Assembly: GCF_006345805.1 (NCBI RefSeq)
Contig: NC_043004.1
Location: forward strand, 28,458,001-28,522,000
DNA: 64,000 nucleotides
Direction of reading: 5' to 3'
Source: Octopus sinensis
Lineage: Eukaryota
Part shown: in pieces, positions 26,076 through 39,444 of the stretch
Position numbering within the stretch: the first letter of the stretch is position 1
Layout of the letters: each line of letters opens with the position of its first letter
Notes under the pieces: generated by a model
The model's database searches: none
What the model saw: only the letters and a program-made list of their open reading frames with translations
Told to the model about the DNA's origin: nothing
Position numbers and translations under genes: made by a program

Positions 26076-26179
26076 AAAAGAAATGAACACGGAAAAAGAA
26101 ACGGCATGAAAAAATGTACGGTCAGTTTGCAAGAGATGTAAACGGAAAAACAGATGGCTATGGATAAGGAGGAGTAACC

Positions 26180-26325
26180 TGAATAATAATCCTTTCTATT
26201 ATAGGCACAGTGCTAACCTGGTATTTTATTTTGTCGATCTTGAGAGTCGACCTCGGTGGAATTTGAAGTTAGAACGTAAAGAGCCGGAAAAAAATGCCAC
26301 TAAACATTTCTGTCCGTTCGCCAAC
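26180..26325 (-). mobile_element. SINE family A, degenerate copy
   Basis: gtcgacctcggtggaatttgaag...agaacgtaaag and the tail aataatcctttctattataggcac. Confidence 0.65.
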
Positions 26326-26337
26326 GGAGATTATATT

Positions 26338-26886
26338 GAGTGAGAGAGTAGTGCATGCCATCAAAGTGACACTAGGATAAAATATACTAAGCCCAATATA
26401 TCCATCATGACTACCCGTCTGATATGGGTACACTAGGCACATGCATCACAACAATATGTGCACGACATAATGATCTCATATCAAGACAAACAGCATACGA
26501 CCTTGAGGTTGGAGCCCAGTTGGAGTCTTCTTCAGGTTGAGTAGCCCATACCGCTCAAAAGGTTCCTGAATATGGGTTGTTTGAGGATGTTGAACTAAAC
26601 ACCCATGATTCCACAGGTGAATTATTCAAGCCCCAAAGAATTCCTCTGACCACATGGCTATGATGATCCTCCGCTACTGCTCATGATCAGAGATGCACAT
26701 ATCGTACGCCACTAAGGGACCTGCTGAACTGGTTAAGCTCAAACAACTGACAAGCAAATATGTGATATTGAGCAGCATATTTGCTGCAACCCATCTTTTA
26801 TATTAAGATAAAACAATATACATGATAACACTTCCAATCAGTTACGATCGAAAGCTATGAAAGCCATTGCCTGGTACTGCATCAGG
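26338..26886. mobile_element. ~550-bp non-coding interspersed element, copy 1
   Basis: Starts gagtgagagag, ends ctggtactgcatcagg; colinear with 27916-28468 and 52381-52819; followed by (TTA/TTG)n. Confidence 0.9.
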
Positions 26887-26916
26887 TCAAATATTACTAT
26901 CATTATTATTATTATT

Positions 26917-26969
<53 letters not shown>

Positions 26970-27339
26970 GTTGTTGTTGTTGTTGTTGTTGTTGTTACCT
27001 CAGGCTTAGCGAAGTCGGGGTTATTGTTTTAAGCCATGTTTATTTTGTCCTTGGACAAGATACCCCAAGAACTGCTTAATGGATTCGGATGAAACTTTTA
27101 GGGATGTTTGGCCTCCTTTCAGGCACAAACTGATTAGATTTGGGGATCGAGCCGGTACCGGACAAGGATTTTAGATTATTTTTTATATTTTCCTTACATG
27201 TACATGTAAAGTTTCCCATGGTTCTCTCGTACACGCACACACACATACTTACACTTCAAAAATTTATCGCCATTTTCACCCCCTCCTTCGTTTCTCATTC
27301 ATACGATGTCATTTATCTCCTCTACGTTCACCTCTCCGG

Positions 27340-27367
27340 CTCTATTTCATATATACATATATATATG

Positions 27368-27427
<60 letters not shown>

Positions 27428-27475
27428 AGTGTGTGTGTGTATGTATGTACGTATGTAGGTATGTATGTATGTATG

Positions 27476-27518
<43 letters not shown>

Positions 27519-27610
27519 ACACATATATACATATAGTATATATTATATATACATACATATATATATACATATATATATATATATACACACACACGCACAC
27601 ACACAAATAT
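27340..27610. repeat. (AT)n/(GT)n/(GTAT)n microsatellite cluster
   Basis: Directly visible. Confidence 0.95.
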
Positions 27611-27860
27611 ATAAAAAAAACAACGCTCATTTTTTATATACCACACTAAGCTGTTTTCCTCTGCCTCAATAAAGTCCTGGCAACTGATCCAAACTCTACC
27701 ACTCTTTCTTCTGGACATGTACAGTATATCGGTGTCACTCTTAGTGTGGAAGGCTCTGTGTATTTTCAAAATTTTTCTGGTTTTGCTATACATCATCATC
27801 ATCTCTCTCTTTTGCCATTTTATAATTTCTGCTCCATACCTAAGTGATGCTATTGCCCGA

Positions 27861-27915
<55 letters not shown>

Positions 27916-28468
27916 GAGTGAGAGAGCTGTGCATGCCATCAAAGTGACACTGGGGTAAAATATACGAAGCCCAATATACCCATCATGACTACCCGTCTGA
28001 TAAAGGTACACCAGGCACATGCATCACAACCATATGTGCGCGACATGGTGATCTCATATCAAGATAAACAGCACATGACCTTGCAGGTGGGGCCCAGTTA
28101 GAATTTTCTTCAGGTTGAGTAGCCCATCCGCTCAAAAGGTCCCTGAATAAGGGTTGTTTAAGGATGTTGAAAGAACCACCCATGTTTCCAGAGGTGAACT
28201 ATTCAAACCCCAAAGAATCCCTCTCAACACATGGCTATGATGCTCCCCCACTACTTCTGCTCGTGATCAGAGATGCACATATCGTCAGCCACTAAGGGAC
28301 ATGCTCAACTGGTTAAGGTCAAACAACTGACAAGCAAATCTGTGGTATTGAGCAGAATATTTGCTGTAGCCCATCTTTTATACCAAGACAAAACAATGTA
28401 CATGATAACACTTTCAATCAGTTAAGATCGGAAGCCATGAGAGCCACTGCCTGGTACTGCATCAGGGC
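27916..28468. mobile_element. ~550-bp non-coding interspersed element, copy 2, with (TTA)n on both sides
   Basis: Same termini as copy 1; (TTA)n at ~27861-27915 and ~28469-28630. Confidence 0.92.
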
Positions 28469-28508
<40 letters not shown>

Positions 28509-28535
28509 TTATTATTATTATTATTATTATTGTTA

Positions 28536-28570
<35 letters not shown>

Positions 28571-28630
28571 GTTGTTGTTGTTGTTGTTGCTGTTATTATT
28601 ATTATTATTATTATTGTTATCATTATTATT

Positions 28631-31600
28631 TTCAAGTAGTTTGATTTTTTTATCTCGTGCTTTCACTGCACTACCAAGCACAGCTCTCTGTGCCTTGGGT
28701 AATTGCTGTAGTTTGTTGTGCTCAAATCTTTGCTGTATTCAAAGTGTTTTACGTAGGATATATGCGGTGCCTAGTGGTGATATTTTCTGTATGTTATATA
28801 TACTTGTAAGTCCTGGTGCTTTTGTTATATATTTATCTGAATTTTTTAAATACCTAATGGGGGAACTATAATACCAATTGTTTCTGCTTTTAAGCTCCAC
28901 ATTCCAGTTACCTCTATTTCCAGATCTTTGTATTTTGAAAGTTTCTCAGTTTCTATTAGAGAAATATTGTCATCTGTTCGAACTGATGCATCGATTAGAA
29001 AGCATTTTTTCCCTTGGTGATCTCTAAAATCTATATCCTACCTATTGACCTTAATTTCTCTATCTGTATGTATTAGCATATCCCAGAGTATGGTTGCTTT
29101 CTAATTTTCTGTGACCTTCTCTGGCTTGTGTGCCTATACCATCTTTTTTCTGTTGTTATTCCAATGTGTTGGCATAGCTTCAAGAGTATATAGGTCCCAA
29201 CTCTGTTGTGTCTGTAAATATATTCCTTCTTAACCAGTTTGGGCAGCCAATGACAATATGATTTATTGTTTCTTCTCCATCACCACATATTCTTCAGTTA
29301 CTTGAATTTCATTCTTGGTAATTTCTGGTGGGAAGGCGTTGATCTTTTGCTGCAGTTAAAAATCCTTCAGTCTCTACTTTGAGCCCTGAGCTTTTCAGTC
29401 ATTCTTGGGATTTTGCTTTGCCTATTTCTTTTCTGTTTAGTTTAACCTAATATTTGCCATGAATGGGCTTTTCCTGCTATCATTTTATCATGATCCTTTG
29501 CTGTTCCAGCTTTAGTTTGGATTTTTGTTGTTTCTTCTTTTTTTATCATAGTTGTTAGGTACTATGACTTCTTTTTTGTATTTGTGAGCTTTTGCTTTGT
29601 TCGTGTTTTATGGCTATTTGTATTAGTTTTCTTTGCTGAGATTTTGGGTGACCTAAATCCGGTCATTACGTTTCTTGTTTTCCTGTCTATTTTGATTAGT
29701 TCAAGTAGAGTCCAGTTAAGAATATTTTAGCTGTAACTTATAACTAGGACGGCTAAAGTGTTGTTACCTATTAACTTGTTTTTCGAATTGAGTTCTGTAT
29801 TAATCTAACTCGTCTATAGCATTCTTTTCTTATCTTCTCTTTCATTTGTGTGTGTGTTTATTCTATCTAGTTCATTGATTCCTAAGTATTTGTATGTCTG
29901 GCTTTTGTCTAATGCTCTTATTTCATTTGCTTTCTCTAGTGTGATGTTGCTAATCTTAATTGGTCTTCTTCGTTTCAAGGTTGCTTTGGCACATTTTTCG
30001 AAGCTAAATTTCATGTTTATTTCTTTGGTAAATCAATGAACTGTCTGTACTAATGTTTCTAGCTGTTTATCACTTGTAGCGTAGTTTTAGATCATTCATA
30101 TATAAAAAAAAAGGTAGCTGACTGTTTTGCCATAACAGTTGTATCCTCATCCAGTTCTATTTAAGCATGTCAGATAAAGGTGTCAATACCAAATAGAAAA
30201 GGAGTGGAGAGAGCATGACTCTCTGGAATATTCCTCTTCTAATGAGGATGGCTTTAGTTTTTATAAGTCCCTCTTTTGTCTGGAGCTGTAGCACTGTCTG
30301 CCATTTATTCATGGAATGTTTTATATACTTTATGATTATTGGTGCTACTTTGTTTATTGCTAGTGTTTCTAGGATCCATGTGTGGGGAATACTATCAAAA
30401 TCATTTCGGTAATCGATCTAGGCCTTACATAGATATAGTAACTGATCATTACAGCCATATGAGCCCTTGTAGCAACATATCTGCTCCTTTGGAAACAGCT
30501 TGTTTTCTTTCATATGTTTGCCCATTCTCTGCGATATTATTGCAGTAAAAGCTTTATAAATTGTAGAGAGACAATTTGGAAATTAGTATAGTTTTCCCTT
30601 CCGTGAGCCATTCAGGCATTGTTTCTGGCTCTGCTAGTATTTCATTAACTTTCTCAGGCAGCTTTTTATGTGTTCCTGTTAGGTATTTTAACCGGAAGTT
30701 GGGGATCTTGTCGTGCCCCTGTGGCTTCCAGTTGCTTAGTTTTTGCAGTACCTGGGTAACCTCTTCAGTTGCTATAGGGTTCCAGAGTTGTTCATGTACT
30801 GTGTTCGTTGTTTTGATAGATCTTTTCTGATGTTGTTCCTTCGCCAACCATATTTCTTTCCAAAATTCTTCCTCTTCTTCTGCTGTTAATGCTGTATTGC
30901 TCTCTAATTTATTTCTGCCAAGTTCTCGGTAGAATCATTTGGGTTTGGAGCTGAACTGTGTGTTTTGTTCAAAGAATCGTTGGCGTTTCTCATACCAATG
31001 GATTCTTTGTGCTTTGGTAAGGATATCTTGCTTCAGCTGTTCTTTTACCTCAGGTATACCTTGTTCTGTAATTTTGTATTTACGTAGTATTTTTCTTCTT
31101 TTATTGTTGCTTTGTAGTGTTGATTGTCTACCAATTTCATTAAACATTGAGAGATCCTTTCTCTTATTTTCTATTTTTTTCCTGGATATTATTTATCCAC
31201 AGAGTTTGTTTGGGTCGCAATATTTCTATTTGGATGAGTTTTAGGGAGTATCCACCTTCTTTACTGGCCACAGAGGCTGCTGCATATAATATATAATTTA
31301 GCCAGGTCATATTGATATTTGTTTCTATGGCTATTAGTTCTGTGACGGCCAGGTTCATGCTATTTATTATTTATATTGTTTTATTATCAATTTCATTTTT
31401 TGGGAGGTACAATCGGTGGTCCATACTGAGATCTGTGGCTTTGATTATGCTCATTTTTAGAGTATCATAGTCATTAGTTTCACCTTCACTGTTTCCAGGT
31501 TTTAGATTTGTTTCGTATTCCCTTTTGTTCATATTTTTCTCTGTGATGTTCTGGTTTGGTGCATTTTGCTCATCCTTATACATTCGTACGGTCTGGGCTT

Positions 31601-31700
31601 GTTGTCTTTCGTTGTTTGAGTGGGATGGGTTGCTCGACAAGAAGAAAATTCCAACTGGGCCCCACCTGCAAGGTCATGTGTTGTCTTTCGTTCCTGGCAA
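28631..31700 (-). mobile_element. R4/Dong-clade LINE (RT + CCHC + restriction-like endonuclease), degenerate, internally deleted
   Basis: Minus peptides KLSNWKPQGHDKIPNF.LKYL, PEWLTEGKTILI, FEKCAKATLK, YKYLGI, CGGEEETINHIVIGC, LWDMLIHTDREIK.NR, EKLSKYKDLEIEV. The 3' end runs into (AAT)n on the element strand. Confidence 0.9.
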
Positions 31701-32449
31701 TGCAATCGGAAAACTTCCGTGACAGTGATATATAGATAACTAATGGGGGAAAAACATACTCGGGAAACTCTAGGCGTCAGTATGACTCAGCTGGCTAGTT
31801 TGTTCAGCGCTGGAACTATAGATAATTTGTAGACGTTCTGGCCTTACAATGATATCGGAGTGGCAGGATACCAATCGGAGACCAACTTTAAAAGCTCGGA
31901 AGTGTCGCCAGCCGGATCTGTCGGTTATGGGCGCTGAGCGGCGAAACACTTTTACACATGATTGTTCAGTAAACTTGTATTACTGACCTGTAGGTATATT
32001 TTCGATTAGTTATTGTTATTGTTACGTGTTATAGATTCGTCTATCAGCCATGTTGAAGTAGTTTTTCTCTTCAGGTAGTTATGGGGAAGTGGTTGTAATG
32101 TGAACGAGACAGAATAGGACTGTCGAGAGGCATCTTCCTCTTTGGACAAGCCCTCGCCAACTTTTTCAAGTTTTAATTGGAGGGGAAGGTGAGGAAGGAG
32201 GAGGTGCTGCACTCCGGTAAAATCTTTAAACGATTGGTGAGGCAGGCGAATGTGATACATGTGAACGGGCATAGTCTCAGCACGCATTTGTACATACACA
32301 CGTATATACGTAATTTTTTGACTCATTGTGGATTAGAGTGTTGATGCGTTGAGTAAAGTACTAGCACGGTTTGGGCTACCTGGTGTCATCCGCAATCGGG
32401 GTATATTTCCGTTGGATCCACTTTAGGAATTCAGCAGTTTTAGTTTTTA

Positions 32450-33396
32450 TAATTATCAGCTAATGAAACAGAGGATGGGTTTGTTATTAGTCTTTATTCC
32501 GTACGACGATCGCTTCGACCCATCCTCCGACTGCCCTTTATGTCTGGGATGATGTACTTCATATTGTGCTGCATCAGTTTTGCAGTCTGAGTCATGTCAG
32601 GTACATGCATACATAAAGTGGTGTCCCGTTAAAAATTCTGAGTTCAGGCAGTCATGTTAGTTTTTGCCCGCTTCGTTAGGAAATAGGGTTTTGCTACGAT
32701 TGTCCTTATGTTAAATACTCATAAATAATTGTAAATAATTGTAAATATAAAATATAAATTGTACAAAAGAAAAGAAGATATACAACAGAAAGTGTGTGGG
32801 AAGGGATATAGATAGGGTGAAACCTGTTAACGAAGGATTAAATATAGAAGGGGTGAGGCCTGTTAAAGAGGGATTAGTTTGCGTTAAGTTTAAAGGTAAT
32901 ACTCTTGCTAACACGGGGGAGGGATGGGATGTCTATGGGCACATACATACACATTCACACACAAACACGTACATACGCTGACAGAGAGACGTAGGCGCCC
33001 AAATTCACCCTGACCCTCGTGGACCGTAAGCACTTACAGTCCTACGATTAGTGATCGGAAGATAAATGCAATAAAAGTCTGTCATCACAGTTACTTTGAC
33101 ATGAAGACGGGGGTCTGGCAGGTGTCATGTGACAGACTGTGTTACGCGTGCTTTATCAATAGCACTTTGGGTTGTCGGTTCGTCCATCGGTCACAGACGA
33201 CATGACACACTCGTACGTATACAAGTATATGTATACACATGTGTACATACATAGTGACATATTTAACTACACGTGTGTGAACTGATGCAACACAAAATGA
33301 TGCGCATCATACCACACATAAAGGACAGGATGGGTCAAAACGATAGTCGTACGGAATAAACACTAATACCAAATCCACATTCTGTTTCATTAATCG

Positions 33397-33400
<4 letters not shown>
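32450..33400. mobile_element. ~950-bp element with ~125-bp imperfect terminal inverted repeats (MITE/foldback-like), right end in (TA)n
   Basis: 32478-32526 and 33327-33375 are reverse complements at 43/49; similarity extends to about 32450-32580 and 33278-33400. Confidence 0.7.
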
Positions 33401-33463
<63 letters not shown>

Positions 33464-33730
33464 TATCATATCATATGTATTGTATATATACATATTTGCA
33501 TGCACACACAAACACAAACATATATCTATATACAATTACACCTCCACCCCACACATACATACATCCATGCATACGTGTGTGTGTATGTGTGTGTTACTTT
33601 GTGTGTGTTTGTGTGTGCGCGTATATGTGTGTGTGTATGTATACATATATACATACATACACGCATGCATACTTACATACATACATACATACATTCATAC
33701 ATACATACATATATACATACATACATACAA
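33399..33730. repeat. (TA)n, (GT)n and (ACAT)n microsatellites
   Basis: Directly visible. Confidence 0.95.
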
Positions 33731-36117
33731 GCCTTGAAAAGGAAATTTTTCAATCCCATCGTATTTGTGACTTGAAATAGAAAGCCAGTGTTACAAGAAA
33801 TCTGTAACATAACGATAGCATATTCATCGATACAATAATTAACAGACTGAAATGTGTAGTAACGTTAATATGATCGATTGAAACGTCTGAAGCCAGGCCC
33901 CTGCTAAGTTGAAGTGCAATGTTTGAAACCTGAAACAGAAAAGACAATCGATTTAGCACCTAACTAGAACGTTGGAAAAAAACTTTAGGAATTTTGTTTA
34001 TAACTTTAAATCAACCTGAATATGAGATAGTGTCTGTGGCATGTCAAACGTATTAACGTTGTTCGAGTGTGTGGAAATTAATTGTGAAATAAAATAGAAA
34101 AAAAAGAGATACATCTTCGATTCGATAAATAATCAGATATTAAGCAACTGCGAATAGAATCATTCGTTGATTACGTATGAATTCAACATTCTTGTTTAAC
34201 TGGCATTTAGTTTTAAAGAGGGGCAAACGAACAGCGATAACACATTCAGTTGAATCGATAATTCATGAAACATCAATACTGTTCATATATTCCCTTTTCT
34301 TTCAGTTTTAGAAATATTTCCGTAAATCGCATAAATCTTCATTGATAATGGCTCTCTAATCCGTAGGATCGAGGTTTCTATTTCTGAGTAGCAGTCGCAG
34401 TCGCCTCAGATTATTCATAATGCAGGCGATCTCACAGACTTTAATCATACTAATTGACAGGGAACGATGGAAAATACTGCCCTATCTTCATTGATGCTAT
34501 TTAAATGTGTCTTTTCTTTTCACATCGTCCATTATAAAGTTGACGTAGTCATTGTAATCCTTCTGAAATTGTCTTTTATTTCTTGATCCTTCCATATTCC
34601 TTTTGTATGAGTGCTTGGTTTATCCTCTAGACCTTTATGTAAATCTATTTAATAAAGCAGCAGCGATTCGATACGCGATGATACTTATTTGATAAAGCTC
34701 ATAAATGAAGTAGGTTAACATTATTTTTACTGAATATCCCTTTTGTGATTGCACCTAATACAATCAGCTCTATGAAAACGACCGAATCTTACTACAATTA
34801 TCAATAACAATAATGAAATATTCTCCCACTCCACCTCTTAACTACTTGATTAGATGTATTTCTGAACATCCAAAGCATTCGTCTCATAATAAATAATCAC
34901 AAAGTTGTTAATCTACACAGGATTTTTGACTCCGGCCTCAAAACTTGTTTCCGTAAACTTCCTTTATTCGCTATTCCAATCAGTTTTCCATTATACTTTT
35001 ATGGATACACGCACATGTACGTTACAATGTTGAAATTCATCACTTTCAACCTTTTCAGCTGACATCTTGTATCGTCATTTTCTTTTGTCAAGGAAACGAT
35101 AGTCAACAGACAACTCTTTCAGATCTAGTTCAAAATCTAATTCATCGCTAAGCAACGATTACTATCGTGTCTGCAGGAATAGATATTCAACTGATGTCAC
35201 CTTCGATTCTTCTCCTTTCCAATCCACTAACATTTTCACTCAGATGAGTATTTCTTTTTCTTCAGTTAAATTTACCCTGAAAAGAAAAAATAAACAGCTA
35301 ACTTCTCAATATTGTATTGCTACAGAATCTTTTCTTCGCCTCTGGACTTGCCTAATTCCTTAGCAACAGAATAATAATAAAATATACCGCAGCTGTCTGC
35401 ATATAATCATATTTATTTTTAATACCTTTTATCCATTTTTATGAGACAGTTAAAATAATACTTAAAGCAGGTAGTATCCAACTTCCAGTCAACAATATTA
35501 AGAGAAATATAATCTAGTGTTTGTAAATACACGTTAAACCCCACCCACGAAGACTTCAAAGCTATACTATGCACATAAACATATTCATGGTAAAATTAAA
35601 TAGCTGTTATAAGAGTTTGCTACTAATTTTATTTTAATATTTCTTGTGAGTGTGGCTAATATATTGAATAAATTACACGCAAAAGAATGAATTAAAATAT
35701 GCTTCTTCGGTGGAGAAAATAAACAAAGTTTACAAGCAGTAGTTTATGGCGAGACAGCAATGATACAATCATAAGAAATTAAGAATTAATTTCACAGAAA
35801 GTTGAATTGAAGTATTTGGAGAGAAAGCGAATCTTTGATAGCAGACAAGGTGACAGCTATGGACATCTTTTGATCTTATTAGACCTCGACAAGGAAACAT
35901 AATCCTCGGAAGCCTTTGTTCTTTGGTGAACAAAGGAAATGAGTTTCAAAGAATTTTGGCCGATAAAATATGCATAATTATAACAGCGAGTAAAAACCTA
36001 ACAGTTACTAGTTACAGCCTGCTACATATCGATTCCACTCCTCAGTATAAGCAGTAATTAGACTAATAGAGCATTCTTTAATTTTCTACATATTTTAAAG
36101 TGATACATATATGCACG

Positions 36118-36172
<55 letters not shown>

Positions 36173-36582
36173 GAAATGAAGAAAATGAAGAAAATGCTGA
36201 CAAAATAATTTAAGTAAGGGAGAGTGTATTTAATTAGGTGAAAGTTCTTTTTACCGGTTGCGCATTTGTTATGCTTATCAAAAGATATTTTGAGTGAGAT
36301 AAAGTTCCTTTCTGATTGATTTTTTTCTCTTATCTGACTGTATCAGATATATATATATCACAGCTCGTGTTCCACATCTCCTTTTTTAAATATATATATA
36401 TGTATAGATGTTCGTGAGTATGTGCGTGTATGTATGTATGTATGTATGTATGTATGTATGTATGTATGTATGTATGTATGTATGTATGTACATCAATGGA
36501 TTTTAATAACAGTTTGCTTCCGCTCTTTATGAACTATAAAACTCTGTGGGTTCGTAGGACGAACCTATGTTATCAGACCTTT

Positions 36583-37430
36583 AGAGAGTAACGGGATTTG
36601 AGACAAATTCAAAATGGCTTCGAGAGAATAGGCCTCCATTGGTCAGATCAGGCCACGGAAGCGACATGAGGGAGCTGCGTGCGGTATAGTCTATGCAACG
36701 ACATCGGCTCAGCTACCCTCATCCGATGGCATCACAAGACACTACTCGAGAGTGCCTTAAAATGAAGATATACGCGGCTTTTACTACATTCCTTCAATTG
36801 CAGTGATATGGAATATTCCACCCTCCTGTTTCGTGACCATCGAACTACTTCCCCCAACAAGTGAAATATCATTACCTGAAACAACTCGCAATTGCTAACA
36901 CTGTCTTCCCGAGAGACTTCACATACTTCAGCAAGAAAGAAAGAATTTTCTTATTGTTGCCACCAAAGGTATGCCTTGTTAATGGACTTTAAAGCCACTG
37001 GCAGCTGAAATCCATATATACAACCCTAGAAGGGGAGAGTATTTAATCACTGCCGGCTGTACAGAGTATATATAGTCCGGCCTATAATGGTTATCCTACC
37101 TCAATTTTAAATATAGACTGTCAAATCTGGTTACCCACATAATTGCTGCCACCGCTAATTTGTTGGTGGATCACTGTAAGACCACCTAACTTACCATCCA
37201 ACACACTCAAACCTACCCTGTGCGTGGTATCAAATACCATGAACTGATGTCGCTAAGTGCACTCTACTGCTTCATGTAGGCATAGTGGAGGCAGCTACCT
37301 GCAAATATTTATGATTAAAGAGAACTGATGCCATGTCTGCATCACTGATCTCACGTGACTTGAATTGGCCAATAGAGGTCGAACATTAAAAATCCATATT
37401 AAATCTGTCTCAAATCCCGTTACTCTTCTC
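36583..37430. mobile_element. ~845-bp non-autonomous DNA transposon with 21-bp perfect TIRs
   Basis: AGAGTAACGGGATTTGAGACA at 36585-36605 and its exact reverse complement at 37406-37426; no ORF inside. Confidence 0.75.
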
Positions 37431-38155
37431 TAGATATCAGATGAGATGGGTTCCTCCGATCAGCCCTTGGAGCTCTAAGTGATATAGAATTGAATCAAGC
37501 TGTTATTAAGAACTATATACAATTCCTACCAAATATGAGTGCTGCTTTATTTCGGTTGTCCACTTACTTGTATATACATATGCTTGCAAACACATAAGTA
37601 TACGTGCGCGCACACGCACACACGCACATTCACAAAGACGTATACACACGCATGTTGAAAGAAGTGTTGAAAAATGTATAAATGATTAGCACTAGTTGTG
37701 AATAGCTGTGAATTTGGCAGGCCAACAATGAATGGTAAAGCAAACGCAATTCAACAGTAATATTTCGTAGATTATTGTAAGTGATGTGGTTTCGTGCTTG
37801 GAAGGATTTTTAGTTCAACGCTTTAAGCGAAAAATGGCATTCAATTATCGCACACTTTAAGACCAGTGCATATTATTCTTCGCTGTGCTCATATTTACAT
37901 ATATTCAAAATTTTCTTTGCCAGAAATACAGCGAGACATATTTAACCTTATAAGAACTATTTTACTGCATCTATTTCTATTTTTAATTTCTTAAACCAAC
38001 TTTCCTACATGTTTCCCTGAAGCTTACAGAAAGGAAATTTAGAACAGATCGATCTGCCATCTCCTCATACACACACGCGCACATGAATTCGCATACATGC
38101 ATACATATATACCAAAATATACACATATACACACATACAAATATATACATATGTG

Positions 38156-39444
38156 CGAGATGCTTTCCAGACGTTTTGAGACGCCGTCTTAAAGAGAAAC
38201 ATTGATTTCAACGTACAAAACTGTAATCTCTTTCACAATAGGATCCTCTGACTTCAATCTGCTTGTAGCGCTCCATACTCTTCGTGAAAGCCTCACGGAA
38301 GTCCTCAATGGGAAGCTATCCAGGAATTATGGAACATCCTTCATCTTCAATGTTTTCCAAATGATTACCCCTGGGGTTTTCCTTCAGCTTGGGGAACAGC
38401 CAAAAGTCACTGGCAGTAAGGTCTAGATTGTAGAGAGGGTGATAAAGAGTTTTGATGCCTATCTCTGTCAAATAATTGGTTACCAGAATGGAATTGTGAA
38501 CTGGCGCACTGTTCTACTGCGGGTACTACCAACTTGGAGAGCTCTGGTCTTTTGTGACAAAATTTGTTCCTCAAGTCCCTCAAAAACTCCACAAATTACT
38601 CTTTGTTTACTGTCTGGCCATAGAGAACTCGGTAGATGTAGATGATGCCCTTGTTGTTAAAAAAGGGGATCAGATGGACTTGCTTTGTTTGGCTTTCTTG
38701 AGACTGGGGGAGCCAAGTGTCTACCATTGGCAATCTGAATCTTGGTATTTGGATCATATTAGTAGATCCAGCTTTTGTAACTAATCACCAGAGACTCAGG
38801 TTCCCTTAGATTGGTAATGTGCTCAACCATTTCCGTGTTGTAACCAACGCGTCTTCCCACCTGTTTGTCACTGAGCACTCTGGGGTCAAACTTAATACAA
38901 ATCTTGCACATGTCCAGATCTTCATGAATAATTCTGCGTACAACTCCAAACTGTATGCTTGTCTTTACAGACACACGAAGAACTTCATCCAGGAAATTGC
39001 GAATTTTTTTCCAACAGCTCTAATGTTCTGACGCTCCACTCCCTCCAAAACGTTTCATCGTTTCTCACTCCCTCTCTACCACCCTCGAACCTCTTTTCCC
39101 AGTAAAAAAAAAACAGATGCTTGGCTCATACAAGTTAATCCATAAACAATCTGGAGTATTTCTAGCGTTTTTGCTCAGTTTAACACAAATCTTTATTGCA
39201 CAGCTAGTTTCCAAATTGCTTTCACGTCCCGACTGCATTCTGCAAACTAGTCAGCTGTGGCAAATAGTGTATAGTATTGTGTGTTAAAAATGTTATCATA
39301 GCTGTCTCCTTCAGTCTGGAATAACAAATGTTGGCAGGTTAGCTTATTAGATGAATAGTAATGACATGATAAAATTACAATAATCTAACACAGTTAAGAG
39401 TGCTTCTCTTTAAAAAGGTCTCAAAACGTCTGGAATGCACCGAG
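38156..39444 (-). mobile_element. mariner (DD34D-type) element, ~1.29 kb, transposase pseudogene
   Basis: TIR pair (tgc(t/a)ttccagacgttttgagac...taaagaga), TA at the right flank, and degenerate motifs K.CxKFDPRVL (WVPRxL position), SWIY.YDP.TK, HP..LDL.ASDFWLFPKLK. Confidence 0.9.

Noticed and set aside
28075-28145. HDV-like, hammerhead or twister fold in the 550-bp element
   Set aside because: Manual fitting failed on key core positions (no P1.1 GG, no L3 U-G pair, no CUGANGA/GAAA pair). Kept only as something to test computationally.
34150-35290. Possible decayed piggyBac-like transposase; similar hint at ~39600-40100
   Set aside because: Only faint resemblance; no TTAA-flanked TIR pair or catalytic motif could be confirmed.
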